Source of the DNA: Bacteroidales bacterium
GTDB taxonomy: Bacteria; Bacteroidota; Bacteroidia; Bacteroidales; FEN-979
Direction: 5' to 3'
Assembly: GCA_016783905.1 (NCBI GenBank)
Contig: JADHVQ010000001.1
Location: 51,670-115,669, forward strand
Length of the DNA stretch: 64,000 nucleotides
Shown here one piece after another: positions 61,649-64,000 of this stretch. Numbering within the stretch: position 1 is the stretch's first letter; the number at the start of each line of letters is the position of its first letter. A model generated the notes under the pieces. That model searched no databases. It was given only the letters and a program-made list of their open reading frames with translations, and was not told the origin of the DNA. The position numbers and the translations under genes were made by a program.

Positions 61649-63511
61649 ATGAAAAAAATCTATCTTTTATTGTTCTCCATGTTTATCGGTTTTGGCAGCT
61701 TTGCCCAAACCGTCCTTTTTGAAGACGACATGGAATCTTATGCTCTTGGGGACTACCTGGCCGTGGAGAATCCCGACTGGTATGAAACCTGGTCAAACAA
61801 TCCCGGATCAGGGGAAGATGCGATGGTGGTTGACGACTTTGCGTACTCTCCAGATCAATCAGCGCTGGCTGACGAAACCGGTGGCCAGACCGACCTCCTC
61901 CTGTTATGTGGAAATAAAACCACCGGTCAGTTTGAGCTCAGCTGGTATATGTATATTGAAACCGGCTTTGCCGGGTATTACAACATCCAGCATTACGAGG
62001 CGCCTGGTACCGAATGGGCTTTCAATTTTTATTTCAATGCAGATGGCACCATCTTAATGGATGTAGGTGGGGCCGGAGCTGCCACCGGAACCTACCCGAA
62101 GGATACCTGGTTTGAGGTCAAACACGAGATCGACCTGGATGCTGATTACTGTTGGCTATACATCGACGGCACTCTCTTCTATGAGTGGCCATTTAGCTAT
62201 ACGGCCTTTGGTACCGGAGGTACGTGTCAACTGGGAGCTGTGGACTTCTTCGCCGGAGCTCAATCCGGCTCCGGGGAGACTGCCAAGTTTTTCTTCGATG
62301 ATATCTATTATGCCCAGACCGGCGGCGCCGGTGATCCCGAGATCACCGTTACACCGATGGAACTTAACAACTGGGTAGTTGCCGGTGGTACTGCCAGCGA
62401 TGAACTAACCGTTCAGAATACCGGTGAATCGGATCTCAACTGGAATCTCAATATCATCTACGACATCGATGCCATGGAGACCATTCCGGTGACTCCCTCA
62501 GCCGTCCTCTCTTACTCCGCTAAGAATCCGGTTTCTGGTGCAACCGCTGATCCGAATCCGGTAGCCGGCGGCCCCGGCAACCCGGATGCAACCGCTGTTC
62601 TCCACTATGATGGCGACAATTATTCCGCCATTGGTTGGACTTCAGCGCCCGTAACCGTAACCGTTGCAGCCCGGTTCCCAAGCCCCATGACGGTTCCCTA
62701 TGCCGGAATGGAACTGGTTGCCGTGGAGATGTATCTCAACGATCAAAACCCGTCAGGCACAAATGAGAAGAAAATTATGATTTACGGAATGGGAACCTCC
62801 TATGAACCCGGTCCGCTTCTGTACGAGCAAACCTTCACTGCCCCACAGACCTCCTGGTCAACCATTGACCTGACCATTCCCGTAATGATCACGGGCGAAG
62901 ATATCTGGGTAGGTTACGAGTTTACACAGGAAGTCACTGGTATCTATATTCCCGGCACAGATGAAGGCCTCAACTACAATCCCAACGGAGACTTCCTGAG
63001 CACCGGTGTTGGCTGGTCACACCTGGGGAGCAATCCCTCGCTGATGTATAATTGGAATATCCGTGCCCACCTCGAAGGGGATCCGATCCCACAGTGGTTA
63101 TCCGCTACCCCCGTTTCAGGTTCCCTGCCCCCACTTGGCAGTATAATAATTGACGTGGAGTATGATGCCACCGATCTGGGTATCGGGATATACAATGCGC
63201 TTATCCGTTTCCTCAGTAACGACCCGGTTACACCAAGCCTGGATGTTCCTGTTGAACTGGTTGTAGCTGGTGTAGGTATTGACGAGGTTGGAAAGACCAA
63301 CGTGATGATCTATCCGAACCCAGCCCAGGATTACATCACCATCAAGGCGAACAGCGCTGTTACCTCTGTTCAGATCACTGACTTCAGTGGTAAGGTGTTG
63401 TACAACGGAACCGGAACAACTCTGGATATCCGGAACCTCTCCAGTGGAATTTACTTTGTCCGTACGGTAACGGATAAAGGGATCTCCAACGTGAAGTTTG
63501 TGAAGAAGTAA
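61649..63511 (+). CDS. secreted protein with T9SS C-terminal sorting domain (function unknown)
   Basis: Start taken at MKKIYLLLFSMFIGFGSFAQ. C-terminus VMIYPNPAQDYITIK...LSSGIYFVRTVTDKG. Confidence 0.75.
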   Translation: MKKIYLLLFSMFIGFGSFAQTVLFEDDMESYALGDYLAVENPDWYETWSNNPGSGEDAMVVDDFAYSPDQSALADETGGQTDLLLLCGNKTTGQFELSWYMYIETGFAGYYNIQHYEAPGTEWAFNFYFNADGTILMDVGGAGAATGTYPKDTWFEVKHEIDLDADYCWLYIDGTLFYEWPFSYTAFGTGGTCQLGAVDFFAGAQSGSGETAKFFFDDIYYAQTGGAGDPEITVTPMELNNWVVAGGTASDELTVQNTGESDLNWNLNIIYDIDAMETIPVTPSAVLSYSAKNPVSGATADPNPVAGGPGNPDATAVLHYDGDNYSAIGWTSAPVTVTVAARFPSPMTVPYAGMELVAVEMYLNDQNPSGTNEKKIMIYGMGTSYEPGPLLYEQTFTAPQTSWSTIDLTIPVMITGEDIWVGYEFTQEVTGIYIPGTDEGLNYNPNGDFLSTGVGWSHLGSNPSLMYNWNIRAHLEGDPIPQWLSATPVSGSLPPLGSIIIDVEYDATDLGIGIYNALIRFLSNDPVTPSLDVPVELVVAGVGIDEVGKTNVMIYPNPAQDYITIKANSAVTSVQITDFSGKVLYNGTGTTLDIRNLSSGIYFVRTVTDKGISNVKFVKK

Positions 63512-63528
63512 TCCACTTCTTGCAAATT

Positions 63529-63567
63529 AAAAGAGGCTCTCTCGTTACGGGGAGCCTCTTTTTTTTT
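63529..63567. terminator. bidirectional rho-independent terminator between convergent genes
   Basis: Stem agaggctc (63532-63539) / gagcctct (63552-63559), flanked by an A-run on the left and T9 on the right. Confidence 0.75.
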
Positions 63568-64000
63568 ACATCCGATCCGGTACAGAAATTCCCAGCAGCT
63601 CCATCCCTTTACGGATCACCTTGCCGGTAATGGCTGACAGCATCAGGCGCAGGCCGATAAGCTCCTTACGCTCTTCGCGTAAAACCGGGATCTCCTGGTA
63701 AAACTGGTTGTACTCCCGGGCGAGGTCGTAAATATAATTGGCTATCAATGCAGGACTGAGCTCTGCACCAGCCTGACTGACCACAGAGGGGTACTGGTAT
63801 AGAAGCTTCAGGATCTCGCGCTCCGGAGGGAGGAGGAACGAATTATGAGGGACGAGTGACGAAGGACGAGGGAGGAGGGACGAGGAATCGCGAATCGTGG
63901 ATCCCGTATCGCGCATCACATATCCCGCATCTGCCGCCTTCCTTAATAACGACTTTATCCGAGCATGCGTATATTGAATAAAGGGTCCGGTATTGCCGTT
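63566..64000 (-). CDS. argS: arginine--tRNA ligase, C-terminal part (partial, continues right of window) with repeat-derived in-frame insertion
   Basis: GNTGPFIQYTHARIKS and the anticodon-binding DALR region ..ANYIYDLAREYNQFYQ..RLMLSAITGKVIRKGMELLGISVPDRM. In frame to nt 64000. Confidence 0.9.
   Translation of the reverse strand, partial: NGNTGPFIQYTHARIKSLLRKAADAGYVMRDTGSTIRDSSSLLPRPSSLVPHNSFLLPPEREILKLLYQYPSVVSQAGAELSPALIANYIYDLAREYNQFYQEIPVLREERKELIGLRLMLSAITGKVIRKGMELLGISVPDRM
63826..63930. repeat. two-block heptamer array, 15 units = 105 nt, inside argS
   Basis: gagggag gaggaac gaattat gagggac gagtgac gaaggac gagggag gagggac gaggaat / cgcgaat cgtggat cccgtat cgcgcat cacatat cccgcat. 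Confidence 0.85.

Overview
The window looks like Bacteroidota chromosome. The evidence is six T9SS C-terminal-sorting-domain cargo genes, a PorP/SprF gene next to a type-B CTD gene, TAnnTTTG -7 promoter boxes, and anaerobe-type redox genes. No rRNA, tRNA, CRISPR array, transposase or integrase was recognised.

Layout:
- 1-15.2 kb: a glycan/exopolysaccharide locus with seven glycosyltransferases, WbqC-like, PIG-L deacetylase, a Wzy/O-antigen-ligase-like membrane protein, an acetyltransferase, a methyltransferase and a T9SS-secreted beta-helix protein.
- 15.2-18 kb: two translationally coupled hybrid histidine kinases. The first has Ser in place of the phospho-accepting His.
- 18-29 kb: a T9SS cargo/PorP triad, three tandem FKBP lipoproteins, nrnA, ndk and an S8 protease.
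- 29-36 kb: DUF4301, DUF218, a TlpA-like thioredoxin-fold protein, and the thrS-infC-rpmI-rplT operon.
- 36.3-37.8 kb: a patch of decayed genes.
- 37.8-40.4 kb: a markedly low-GC ppc gene.
- 40.5-50.4 kb: the most system-like feature. It is a tightly packed nine-gene minus-strand operon that combines three parts. First, a NuoE/NuoF (HydC/HydB-type) flavin bifurcation module. Second, a NuoG/FdhA-fold subunit with no recognisable active site, followed by NfnA/NfnB. Third, hydrogenase-style accessory genes: a HydA-like protein with variant H-cluster motifs, DRTGG, DRTGG+GHKL ATPase and a Cys-rich protein. No canonical catalytic hydrogenase is present.
- 50.5-64 kb: T9SS cargo genes, guaD plus a duplicated guaD tail, a lipase, an OmpA/TPR/PD40 protein, queE, folD, ffh and partial argS.

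The most unusual sequence-level signal is a modular repeat family. It consists of degenerate tandem arrays with 7-9 nt period (STRR-like) plus GC-rich nested hairpin units. These sit exactly at gene boundaries and, in frame, inside coding regions: 180 nt in queE, 105 nt in argS, 70 nt in the OmpA-like gene, and the C-terminal tails or stop codons of several other genes.
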